Shown: positions 10,052-18,878 of the stretch, piece after piece | How positions within the stretch are numbered: position 1 is the stretch's first letter | Layout of the letters: every line of letters begins with the position of its first letter | NCBI GenBank assembly: GCA_963748015.1 | Contig: CAVVHE010000008.1 | Span: 1 to 64,000, forward strand | Length of the DNA stretch: 64,000 nt | Origin: Terriglobia bacterium | Lineage (GTDB): Bacteria; Acidobacteriota; Polarisedimenticolia; Polarisedimenticolales; JAIQFR01 | Direction of reading: 5' to 3' | The notes under the pieces: model-generated | What the model saw: the letters and a program-made list of their open reading frames with translations, nothing else | Told to the model about the DNA's origin: nothing | The model's database searches: none | Translations under genes and position numbers: made by a program

Positions 10052-11184
10052 GCCGCGGGCGGCGTCGCCGGCAGACCGCAGGGGTCGCTTCCCTCGGCGA
10101 TCTCGATGACGCGCAGCTCCTTGACGCTCCGCACGCTGCGATCCACGAAGAAGTCGAGCCGGGGTACCAGGCGGTAGCGGCCGTCCTTGGGCCCGAGAGG
10201 CTTTCCGTCCTCCTGGTCGGCGAGGATCAGGCCTTCGCCGAGGGACGACAGCGCAAGCTCTCCGCCCGAGTAGACGCTCCGGTAGCCGTCCGACGCGGTC
10301 ACCAGCAGCAGCACGCGCCGCATGTCGAGCTGGCGGCCCATGGCCTTTCGCAAGACGGCGGCCATCCCGACGCCGCTTCTCGCGTGCTCGCCGCCGTAGC
10401 CGCGACCTTCTCCGTACGACGCGTCGTCGAGCGAGACGACGGGCAGCCCCTTGGTCAGCTTCCGCGTGATCGGGATGCTCTTCCCGTCCGGGAGCACGAG
10501 CGCCGGCTCCTCGACCCAGACCGCCTGGCCTTTCTTCCCGGTCACGCCCGCCAGCGGTCCCGCCTGGCACAGGCGAAGGTCGGCGAGCTCGCTCAGGAAG
10601 CGCTCGCTCCGTCGATCGGTCGCAGGAACGATGGCGAGGCCTCGAAGGGTCGCGAGGGGCGGGGTCTTGTCGGTGCCGTGGCAAGAGGAGCAGGTGCCGA
10701 GATCCAATCGCTCGCGCTCCGAGGGACCCAGGAGGCCGCGGTCCCACTTGGCGAGCGATTCCGCGTCGTGGTGGCCGGGAATGAGGAACCGGCTCATGTC
10801 GGCGATCAGGACGGCGCCGGGATCGGCGACGTTGAAGATCTCGCCGTAGGAGAAGACCGCGCGGCGGCCGCTACGGCTCGTGGCGACGAGATAGACGTCG
10901 AGCGGCCGCGAGAATCCATCGTCGGTCTTCTTGACGACGCCGGCGAGCTCCAGGACGCGCTTGAGACCGGCGCCGGACTGCTCGAACGTGCCCGCGTACT
11001 TGTTTTCGGGGGTGAACACCTTCATCAGGCGACTCTGCCGCCCGAGGGAATCGAGCAATGCGCCATCCACCTCGATCATCTTGCCGACGGCGCCGTCCAC
11101 GGCGACCGTCTGGGCCCGGAGCGTGGGCGCGATCGAGAGCATGACGAGGCAGGCGGCGGCGAGCGTTCGGGACGAGCAACCCAT
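10036..11184 (-). CDS. Exported protein with two molybdopterin-oxidoreductase-like domains and a CxxCH motif
   Basis: Signal peptide; two similar segments (GAGLKRVL...VATSRSGRRAVFSYGEI and GVGMAAVL...VTASDGYRSVYSGGEL...GRYRLV...RSVRSV); CSSCH between them. Confidence 0.55.
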   Translation of the reverse strand: MGCSSRTLAAACLVMLSIAPTLRAQTVAVDGAVGKMIEVDGALLDSLGRQSRLMKVFTPENKYAGTFEQSGAGLKRVLELAGVVKKTDDGFSRPLDVYLVATSRSGRRAVFSYGEIFNVADPGAVLIADMSRFLIPGHHDAESLAKWDRGLLGPSERERLDLGTCSSCHGTDKTPPLATLRGLAIVPATDRRSERFLSELADLRLCQAGPLAGVTGKKGQAVWVEEPALVLPDGKSIPITRKLTKGLPVVSLDDASYGEGRGYGGEHARSGVGMAAVLRKAMGRQLDMRRVLLLVTASDGYRSVYSGGELALSSLGEGLILADQEDGKPLGPKDGRYRLVPRLDFFVDRSVRSVKELRVIEIAEGSDPCGLPATPPAAQAPK

Positions 11185-11401
11185 GGGTTCTCCTTGGCCG
11201 GGGCGGACCGCGGCGCACGGACCGCTGCTTGAATGCGTCATTCTAACAGGCGGAACGGCCGGTAACGACACGTTCAGCGGTCGGACGGCCGTCTCGGGTT
11301 TCGGCGGGAAGAGAGCAAGGGGGGCGCCCGGGTGCTGAGGATCCGGTAGGAACGACAAAGACCCTTTCCGGGACAAGCTTCCCCGAGCCGGCTCGAGCGG
11401 G

Positions 11402-13357
11402 CTAGCCCGACTCGCCGGCGGCGTTCGCCGCGATCACCCGGTAGAACGCGTTGACGCCCTTCGTCGCGGAGAGCGGCTCGATGTAAGACAAGATGCCCAC
11501 CATGACGACCGCGACGCGCGTGAACGGCCCCGAGGGGCTCTCCGCGCGGAGCACGTGGTAGTGGTCGGCGGGACCGTGGTCCTCGTCGACGAGGGCGGCT
11601 TGCCAGTCGAGCTGCAGATCGGATCCCGCGAGCGACACGAGCAGCGTGTTCCCGACCGGATTGGGGGGCCGGAGCGCCGGGCCGGGGAGCGTGGAACCGC
11701 TGGCGAGGTTCGAGATCGGCCCCGCGTTCCCCGCCTCGTCGAACGCCTTGATCGCGAAGTAGTAAGGCGTGTCCGCCGCGAGTCCCCGCACCACCATTGC
11801 TTGCGGGGAGCCGGAGACGAGCGGCGCCGGCTCGTTTCCGGCCCGTGTCGCGGCCGGCCAGGACGCGTCGACGATTGGCGACGTCGAATGGCGGATCTCG
11901 TAACGAGCCGCGGTGCCGATCGCACCGTCGTCTCCCGTCGCGGTCCAGGTGAGGCCCATCGTGCTCGAGCCGGGATCGACGGCCTGGAGGTCCACGATTC
12001 CAGCTGGAGGCGCGGTGTCCATCCCGGAGATCGCCGCGAACAGGTTCAGGCGTCCGTTCGAAGCCACGATGCCGCTCATCGAAGGGATGGGGTCCACCGA
12101 ATCCATCAGGCGGGCCTTCATCGCCGCGACCGGGATGGAGGGGGAGACGGCTCGGATCAACGCGCACGCCCCGCTCACGTGTCCCGCCGCCATCGACGAC
12201 CCGGACATGAGCTGGTACGCGCCGCCGGGCCCCGTGCTCAGGATCTCCCCGCCCGGCGCGCCGAGGTCGACCGTCACGGGACCCCAACTGGACGAGGACA
12301 GCTTGAGATCGTTCCGGTCGGTCCCGGCCACCACGATGACGTTGGGCAGGTCGTAGCTGGCCGGATACGTGGGATAGACGTCGAGGTCGACCTGGCTGCC
12401 GCCCGCCGGCGCGACGAAGGCGGACTCGGCCGCCCCCGCGCTCGCGATCGCGTCGTGGAACGTCTGCGAGAACGTCCCGCCCCCGTACGAGTTGTTCGTC
12501 AGGTCCGCTCCCATCGCGGTTGCGTAATCGACGGCCCTCACCGCGTCCGCGGTGGTCCCGCTCCCGGTCGAGGTGAGGAACTTGAGGGCCATGATCCTCA
12601 CGGTCCAGTTGACTCCCACGATCCCGACCCCGTTGTTGCCCACCGCCCCGATCGTCCCGGCAAGGTGCGTGCCGTGGCCGTTGTCGTCGAACGGATCGCC
12701 GTCCTCGTTGACGAAGTCGTAACCGTGGACGTCGTCCACGAATCCGTTGCCGTCGTCGTCGAGGCCGTTGCCGGGGATCTCGCCGGGATTCGTCCACACG
12801 TTGGCGGCGAGGTCGGGGTGGTTGTAGTCCACCCCCGTATCGATGATCCCGACGATCACCGCCGCGCTTCCGGTCGAGAGGTCCCAAGCGAGCTCGGCGT
12901 CGATGTCGGCGTCCGGTGTCCCTCCCGACTGACCGTTGTTGAGCAGTCCCCAGAGGTCGCCGAACCACGGGTCGTTCGGCACGGCCTGGGCCTCGAGAAC
13001 GTAGTTCGGCTCCGCGTACTCGACGAGCGGGTTCGCACGGAGCCGAGCCACCGCTTGCTCGACCTCGACGCCCCGTCCCAGCCGCCATTGCTCTGCTTTC
13101 GAGCGGAACATGTGGTGGGTCGTGGCGGCGACGGCGGCGCGCGCCCCTGCCTTGACCGCTGGATCGGCCCCGGCCTTGAACTTGACCAGGACCTCGCCCT
13201 GGACGTAGGGAGCCTCCGCGGATTCCCCGCGCGGTGACGCGAGCGCGATCGCCATCGGGGCCGCGATCAGGAGGACGAGCGAAGTCACGAACACGGTCAG
13301 ACGCCTGGTGTGCACGGGATCTCTCCCGGCAACGGGAAGCCCGACGATCCTTCCCAT
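11402..13357 (-). CDS. Secreted S8 subtilisin-like peptidase with propeptide and FN3-like C-terminal domains
   Basis: IIDTG, DDDGNGFVDDVHGYDF, HGTHLAG, SGSSMA; FN3-like LTWTATGDDG...YYFAIKAFDEAGN. Confidence 0.88.
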   Translation of the reverse strand: MGRIVGLPVAGRDPVHTRRLTVFVTSLVLLIAAPMAIALASPRGESAEAPYVQGEVLVKFKAGADPAVKAGARAAVAATTHHMFRSKAEQWRLGRGVEVEQAVARLRANPLVEYAEPNYVLEAQAVPNDPWFGDLWGLLNNGQSGGTPDADIDAELAWDLSTGSAAVIVGIIDTGVDYNHPDLAANVWTNPGEIPGNGLDDDGNGFVDDVHGYDFVNEDGDPFDDNGHGTHLAGTIGAVGNNGVGIVGVNWTVRIMALKFLTSTGSGTTADAVRAVDYATAMGADLTNNSYGGGTFSQTFHDAIASAGAAESAFVAPAGGSQVDLDVYPTYPASYDLPNVIVVAGTDRNDLKLSSSSWGPVTVDLGAPGGEILSTGPGGAYQLMSGSSMAAGHVSGACALIRAVSPSIPVAAMKARLMDSVDPIPSMSGIVASNGRLNLFAAISGMDTAPPAGIVDLQAVDPGSSTMGLTWTATGDDGAIGTAARYEIRHSTSPIVDASWPAATRAGNEPAPLVSGSPQAMVVRGLAADTPYYFAIKAFDEAGNAGPISNLASGSTLPGPALRPPNPVGNTLLVSLAGSDLQLDWQAALVDEDHGPADHYHVLRAESPSGPFTRVAVVMVGILSYIEPLSATKGVNAFYRVIAANAAGESG

Positions 13358-13871
13358 AGCGCCTCCGCGAGCGGATGAGCCGGGGCACCGCCACCGGACA
13401 CCGAACCGCCGGCGCGGATCGGAGGAGACCCTCCGCTGCGCGCGCCCGGCCGCACCGACGCTACCTGCGCGAAGTATACGCCCATCCCGGATGATCGCCC
13501 GAGGAGCCTCAGGTGGCGCAGATCACGGAAGTTCGCGATCGAGGAGGGTTCGAAGGGGGGCCCGAAACACCCGCTTCACGACGGGTCGGCTAGTCGACCG
13601 TCAACCTAGTTCCGGTCGCGTCGTGAAAGCCGCGATTTCGGTTGGGGGCCCACGCCCGCAGAAAGGGCGAGCGACCGCAAGGTCGGGGCAGAAGCCGAGG
13701 TTGAGCGCATGGAGAGGCCGATCACGATCGCGCGGGGGGAGCTGCGGTGCGCCCTCGCGGACAGCGGGGTCGCCCGACGTGGGCGAGGTTTCGGGATCTT
13801 TTCGTGCGGTTTCCTCTCCCGCGAGCCCGGCGCAAGGTGACCGTCGCCCGCTTCCGGGCGCGCTTTACGTC

Positions 13872-13901
13872 TTTTCACAACTGATTTCACCTGCTTCACA
13901 A
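13872..13901 (+). promoter_or_regulatory. Candidate LytTR-type direct-repeat binding site
   Basis: TTTTCACAA-N12-GCTTCACAA (TTCACAA at 13874 and 13895, 21 bp apart), about 70 bp upstream of the MBL gene. Confidence 0.35.
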
Positions 13902-13972
13902 ACGCCCGGCGGGCGCGACGTAGACTCCATGAGCGGCGGCGTCCCAGCCTGCCGTGAGAAGGAGGCTCACCC

Positions 13973-15400
13973 GTGAGAATCATCCCCGTCGTCGGCCTCG
14001 TCGTTCTGCTCTCGTTCGGCGCCCTCTTCGCCGCGGAGGAAGTCCTCGGGCTTCCGCTGCACGTCCAGAAGCTCAATCCCAGTACGGTCCGGGTCTGGCT
14101 GGGCGATCACATCTCCTCCACGGCGACCGTGGCGGTGGCCACCGCCAAGGGCATCGTGGTCATCGACACGCTCGGCTTTCCGAAGGTGGACCGGGAGCTC
14201 CGCAAGGTGATCGCGCGTGAGCTGGGCCGGAACGACTTCAAGTACCTGATCAACACCCACGAGCACGGAGACCACACCGGCGGGAACTCGGTCTATGCCG
14301 ACTGCGTCATCATCGCGCACGAGCTCTGCCTCGAGGCGATGAAACTGCCTCCCCAGCACCGCGAAGAGGTCCTGAAGTGGCAGGAGGATTCTATCCAGGA
14401 CCTGTCGAAGCAGATCGAGAAGCTCCCCGCGGATTCCCCCGAGACAAGGAAGCTCAACGAACAACTGATCCAGCAGCGCCTGAGCCTGGAAGCGCTGAAA
14501 GCCAACCTGCCGCCGACGCTGCCGACCAAGACGTTCTCCGACCGGATGACCCTGGATCTCGGCGACACCACGCTCGAGCTCTACTACGCCGGGAGCACCC
14601 ACACCGCCAGCGACATCTTCGTCTTCATCCCTCAGTACGGAATCCTGATGACCGGTGACACCATGGCCGACCTCTGGCTCACCGACACACCGGGGTGCCT
14701 GGCCGGCTTCAGGGTCAATCCGGGCGTTCCCCACAACTTCCCCCTCCTGCTGGAGAACTGGAGCCTGCTGCTGGCCAAGAAAGACCAGATCAAGGACCTG
14801 ATTCCCGGACACTGGAACGGCGACATCAGCATCAAGGGATTCGAGGACCGGTATCGCTACACCAAGGCCATGTCCGAAGGAATCCCGCAGGCCGTAAAAG
14901 AAGGGAAGACCCTCGAGGATCTGTTCGTGGACTTTCGGCTGAGCGCGAAGTTCCCCGAGCTGGTCAACAGCCCGGGTTTCAGCGGCCAGAACCAGGCCAC
15001 CACGATCCTGAGCCTGTACTCGGACGCCACGGGGGCCCGATCGGCAGCGGAGAGGCTGTACGAGCTGGTCGACCAGGGGGCTTCGGAGGACGCGGTACGG
15101 GAGGTCCTCGCCGATCGGGGCAAGAAACCCGCCCGGTTCTTCTTCCTGGAAGCGGAGATCAATGGCCGTGGCTACTTCTTCCTCAACCAGAACAAGAACA
15201 AGGAAGCCGTCCGGCTGTTGAAGATCAACGCCGACCTCTTCCCCCAATCTTGGAATGTCTACGACAGTCTGGCCGAAGCCCACATGAAGAACGGGGGCAA
15301 CGCCGAGGCGATCAAGCTCTACGAGAAGTCCCTCGAGCTCAAGCCGGACAACCAGAACGGGAAGGACATGCTGGCGCGGCTGCGCTCGGGGGCCAAGTAG
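13973..15400 (+). CDS. Secreted MBL-fold metallo-hydrolase with C-terminal TPR
   Basis: Signal peptide; VIDT, THEHGDHTGG (HxHxDH), TGD, IPGH; TPR motif NVYDSLAEA...AIKLYEKSLELKPDN. Confidence 0.88.
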   Translation: MRIIPVVGLVVLLSFGALFAAEEVLGLPLHVQKLNPSTVRVWLGDHISSTATVAVATAKGIVVIDTLGFPKVDRELRKVIARELGRNDFKYLINTHEHGDHTGGNSVYADCVIIAHELCLEAMKLPPQHREEVLKWQEDSIQDLSKQIEKLPADSPETRKLNEQLIQQRLSLEALKANLPPTLPTKTFSDRMTLDLGDTTLELYYAGSTHTASDIFVFIPQYGILMTGDTMADLWLTDTPGCLAGFRVNPGVPHNFPLLLENWSLLLAKKDQIKDLIPGHWNGDISIKGFEDRYRYTKAMSEGIPQAVKEGKTLEDLFVDFRLSAKFPELVNSPGFSGQNQATTILSLYSDATGARSAAERLYELVDQGASEDAVREVLADRGKKPARFFFLEAEINGRGYFFLNQNKNKEAVRLLKINADLFPQSWNVYDSLAEAHMKNGGNAEAIKLYEKSLELKPDNQNGKDMLARLRSGAK

Positions 15401-15488
15401 CCGGCGCGGAAGGAGGCGACGGCGCGGCGGGCGGACGAGAACGGCCGGACCTCGATCGAATCGGCAGTGGAGCGGTTGCCCGGCCGGT

Positions 15489-15830
15489 CTACTCCCGGAA
15501 GTCCTTCTTCTGCATTCCGGGAAGCAACAGGAAGATGTCCCTGTAGTGCTGCCTCACCTGGTCGATCTTGCCGGGCGCGTCGCTCTCGAGGCGGATGGGA
15601 AGATGCATCAGGGCGATGTGGTCCGGCCCGAGTAGGCCCTGCAGGAACTCCGACTGCTCGGGCCTCAGGGGAAACCAGAAGTGGACCAGGGCCAGGTCCA
15701 CGGGGGACTCGCCCAGCCCGAAGCGCCGATACTCGTCCACGTTCCCATTCGAATCCCCCTCGTGGAACACGCGCCAGCCGTTCACTTCGATGGAGTACAT
15801 CACGTTCGTCGGGGATTCCCGGTCGCCGCG
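15489..15830 (-). pseudogene. 3' remnant of an MBL-fold hydrolase
   Basis: NVMYSIEVNGWRVFHEGDS...VDLALVHFW...PDHIALMHLP resembles an MBL C-terminal half. No HxHxDH; the frame closes at TAA 15906-15908 upstream. Confidence 0.55.
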
Positions 15831-15959
15831 CGGTGAACCGCCCGCGGCCGGCGGGACGGCGTGATCCCGGCGATCTCGAAACGGAAATGACGATCGTGCG
15901 TCGTTTTACCCTAGAATCGGTTCGTACCGTCCCGGGGCCGGAGTCCGGAGGGGAAGAGG

Positions 15960-16457
15960 ATGTACGTCCAGGCTATCGAGCGGCCCGATCGCAAGCTGCT
16001 GCAGTACTACGTCCTGGTCAGTCTGCTGACGGGGCCGCTATTTCCGTTCCTGGTCGTCTACCGCTACTTCCGCTACCACACGATGCGCTACCGCTTCGAC
16101 GACGAAGGCATCTCGATGAAGTGGGGCATCCTCTTTCGACGCGAGATCCACCTGACGTACTCGCGCATCCAGGACCTCCACCTCGTGAGCAACCTCGTCG
16201 AGCGCTGGCTGCGCCTCGCCAGGATCGAGATCCAGACCGCGTCGGGGAGCTCGCAGGCCGAGATGACGCTCGAGGGACTGCTCGAGTTCGAGGCCGTGCG
16301 CGATTTCGTCTACTCGAAGATGCGCGGCCTCAAGGGCGCGGCCCCGGCGCCCGTCACGCCGACCGCCACGGCCGGCGCCGTCGACCTCGCGGCGACGCTG
16401 CGCGAGATCGCCGCGGAGATTCGCGCCCTGCGCGCCGAGCTCGCCCGCCATGTATGA
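15960..16457 (+). CDS. Bacterial PH-domain membrane protein (YdbS-like)
   Basis: TM segment, then RYRFDDEGISMKWGILFRRE...SRIQD...IEIQTASG. Confidence 0.8.
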   Translation: MYVQAIERPDRKLLQYYVLVSLLTGPLFPFLVVYRYFRYHTMRYRFDDEGISMKWGILFRREIHLTYSRIQDLHLVSNLVERWLRLARIEIQTASGSSQAEMTLEGLLEFEAVRDFVYSKMRGLKGAAPAPVTPTATAGAVDLAATLREIAAEIRALRAELARHV

Positions 16458-17301
16458 CCGGTTCAAGCGGGCCGTGCTGCGGTTTCTGAAGGTCCCGCCG
16501 GAGCCCCACGCGCCCTTGGGATCTCCAGGTTCCGTTCGGGTCTTCCGCGCGGGCGAGAACTACTACAAGTACAGGCTCGCGCTCTGGGGACTGCGCCAGG
16601 TGTCCGCCGTCGTGGGCGCGATCATGGCGATCGTCCTCATCGGCTCGATCATCGACCGCAGCCTCGTGGTATCGCAGCGGAGGTTCGCCGAGAAAGCCGC
16701 GCAAGCTCCGACGGCCAACTCGAAGCGGGCACGTCTCGAGCGGTCCGCGTGGTGGCTCGGGAAGGGGCGGCTGGCCTTCGACGCCATCGAGATCGGCGGC
16801 CTGGTGCTGCTGGTCGTCCAGATCCCCTTCACGTTCGCGATGGTGCGGCTCGACTACGAGATGCGCTGGTACGTGACGACCGATCGGAGCCTGAGGATCC
16901 GGGAGGGGTTGGTCAACGTCCGGGAGATGACCCTCACCTTCGCCAACGTGCAAAACGTCTCGATCCGGCAGGGGCCGCTCCAGCGCCTACTCGGCCTGGC
17001 CGACGTCGTGGTCGAGACCGCCGGGGGCGCCGGGGCCGTCGGCACGCAGGGGCACGAGCACGGGCCGTCGCTCCACGAAGGTCGCCTGCGCGGGGTGGAC
17101 GACGCCCCCGGGGTGCGCGACCTGATCCTCGCGCGGCTGAAGCGACTCAAGGACGCGGGGCTCGGCGATCCCGAGGATCAGCGGCTCCAAGTCGACTCCG
17201 AGGGCCACGAGCCCCCGCCCGCCCCGCAGGCCGCCGCCGCGGCGCTCGAGCTGCTGGCGGAGGTGCGCGCGCTTCGCCGCGAGCTGACCGCGCGGATGTG
17301 A
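16450..17301 (+). CDS. Bacterial PH-domain membrane protein (YdbS/YdbT-like)
   Basis: Two TM segments; WYVTTDRSLRIREG...NVQNVSIRQGPLQRLLGLADVVVETAGG. Confidence 0.8.
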   Translation: MYDRFKRAVLRFLKVPPEPHAPLGSPGSVRVFRAGENYYKYRLALWGLRQVSAVVGAIMAIVLIGSIIDRSLVVSQRRFAEKAAQAPTANSKRARLERSAWWLGKGRLAFDAIEIGGLVLLVVQIPFTFAMVRLDYEMRWYVTTDRSLRIREGLVNVREMTLTFANVQNVSIRQGPLQRLLGLADVVVETAGGAGAVGTQGHEHGPSLHEGRLRGVDDAPGVRDLILARLKRLKDAGLGDPEDQRLQVDSEGHEPPPAPQAAAAALELLAEVRALRRELTARM

Positions 17302-17381
17302 TCGCGGCGGGAGGTCGGCGAAGACCGTCGGGCAGGCTGATCCGCGTCCGGCTCACCGCGGATCGGCCGGAATCCAACCGG

Positions 17382-18878
17382 TCAGCGGCCTGGGCCGGCG
17401 CCGTCCCGAGGCTGGGATCGCACGAACTCGAGGATCCGTCCGGCGAGTGCTGCGAAGTCGCCGCCGAAGTGGTGGCCGCCGGGCACCGCCTCGCGGGTCA
17501 CGCCGGCTCCGGGCCGGGCCGGGCAGCCCGACTCGTCTTCCGAGGACGGCTCGACACACAGGACGGGACGGCCGATACCGGCCTCGAGCGGCGCGCGGAC
17601 GGGGTACGGCGAGGGCGCGTCGCTCGTGCGGATCCAGTCGAGGGGGCTCACCTCGAACGTCGCGAACGGGCCGGGGGCGAGGAGCACGAGAGCGCCGATC
17701 CGGGCCAGCGGCGCGGGAAGTTCCGCGGCTCGCGTGGCGAACGCGGCGGGGAGCACCTCGGCGCCGAACGAGTAGCCGCCGGCGAAGACCTTCACGTCCT
17801 CCGGAATCGCCTCGACGACGCGGGCGAGGTCGGCCCGGAACGTCTCCGGCGGCTTCGCGCTCCAGAAGTACCGCAGCGAGTTCCAGCCGATCACGGCGAT
17901 GCCCCGCGCGACGAGGGCCGCCGCCACCTCGCGGTCGAGCTCCGCCCAGCCTCCGTCCCCCGACACGAACACGAGCGCCTCGCGCGAGCCCTGCGGCCAC
18001 TCGACCTCGAGCGGCAGGCCGAGCGCGTCGAGCCGCCTCCCGATCTCCTCCGGCGGCGGGCTCGCGGCGGCGCGGCGGGGCGGCTCGGACCACGGACCCG
18101 CGCGGTCGAGCAGCGACTCGACGGCCGCGTCGTACTCCGCTCCCCAACGCCGCGGCACGGAGAAGCCGTGCCCGACCTTCTCGAGCCAGACGATCTTCGC
18201 CGCGGGGATCTGCTCGACGAAGCGGCGGGTCGCGGGGGGATCGCACACCTGGTCGATGTCTCCCTGCAGCGCCGTCCACGAAGGCCTGCCGCCCGGCCGC
18301 GCGGGGAGATCGGGCCTCGCGGGGAGGAGCGAGAGGTGCTTCTTGGCGTCGTAGCTCGGCTTGAAGCTCCCGCGCCCGCAGAAGGGGCGAGCGACCTCGA
18401 GGTCGGGGCAGAAGCCGAGGCTCACCGCGCCCGCGAACGTCCCTTCCGGCGCCTGCGCGAGGGCGCCGTACACGACCGTCGCGCCGGAGGAGTAACCGAC
18501 GAGGATGGGGGGCACATAGCGCGGGAGATGGAACGTCTTCTCCACCGCCTGCGCGACCGACTCCAGCTCGCCTGCCGGGTACCAGCACCTCCCGGGGCTC
18601 GCTTCCGCCGCCTTCTGCCACGCGCGCATCGAGAGGCCGACCACGATCGCGTGCGGCGAGCTGCGGCGCGCCATGTCCACGACGCCCAGGTTCCAGCCGC
18701 CGTCCCCCGAGACGAACAGGATCACGCCGCGGGCGCGCTCGATCGGCTCGGGACGGTACACCGACACCTCGCCGAAGAGAGGCACCCGGATCTTCTGCTC
18801 CGCCGTGCCGGCCGGGGCGGGAGTGGGCGCCGCCGAGACGGCGGAGGCGAGCAGAGCGGCCGCGGCCAGGACGATCAT
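17382..18878 (-). CDS. acvB: AcvB/VirJ-family aminoacyl-phosphatidylglycerol hydrolase, two-domain
   Basis: Signal peptide; two FVSGDGGW motifs; GYSSGA and GYSFGA nucleophile elbows; GGHHFGGD; ATGA overlap with mprF. Confidence 0.85.
   Translation of the reverse strand: MIVLAAAALLASAVSAAPTPAPAGTAEQKIRVPLFGEVSVYRPEPIERARGVILFVSGDGGWNLGVVDMARRSSPHAIVVGLSMRAWQKAAEASPGRCWYPAGELESVAQAVEKTFHLPRYVPPILVGYSSGATVVYGALAQAPEGTFAGAVSLGFCPDLEVARPFCGRGSFKPSYDAKKHLSLLPARPDLPARPGGRPSWTALQGDIDQVCDPPATRRFVEQIPAAKIVWLEKVGHGFSVPRRWGAEYDAAVESLLDRAGPWSEPPRRAAASPPPEEIGRRLDALGLPLEVEWPQGSREALVFVSGDGGWAELDREVAAALVARGIAVIGWNSLRYFWSAKPPETFRADLARVVEAIPEDVKVFAGGYSFGAEVLPAAFATRAAELPAPLARIGALVLLAPGPFATFEVSPLDWIRTSDAPSPYPVRAPLEAGIGRPVLCVEPSSEDESGCPARPGAGVTREAVPGGHHFGGDFAALAGRILEFVRSQPRDGAGPGR

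Noticed and set aside
13662..13777. c-di-GMP-I (GEMM) riboswitch-like look (GGGCGAG, GCAA hairpin, GACAGCGGGGTCGCCC)
   Set aside because: No CTAA tetraloop receptor, no proper P3 pairing, and spacing too long.
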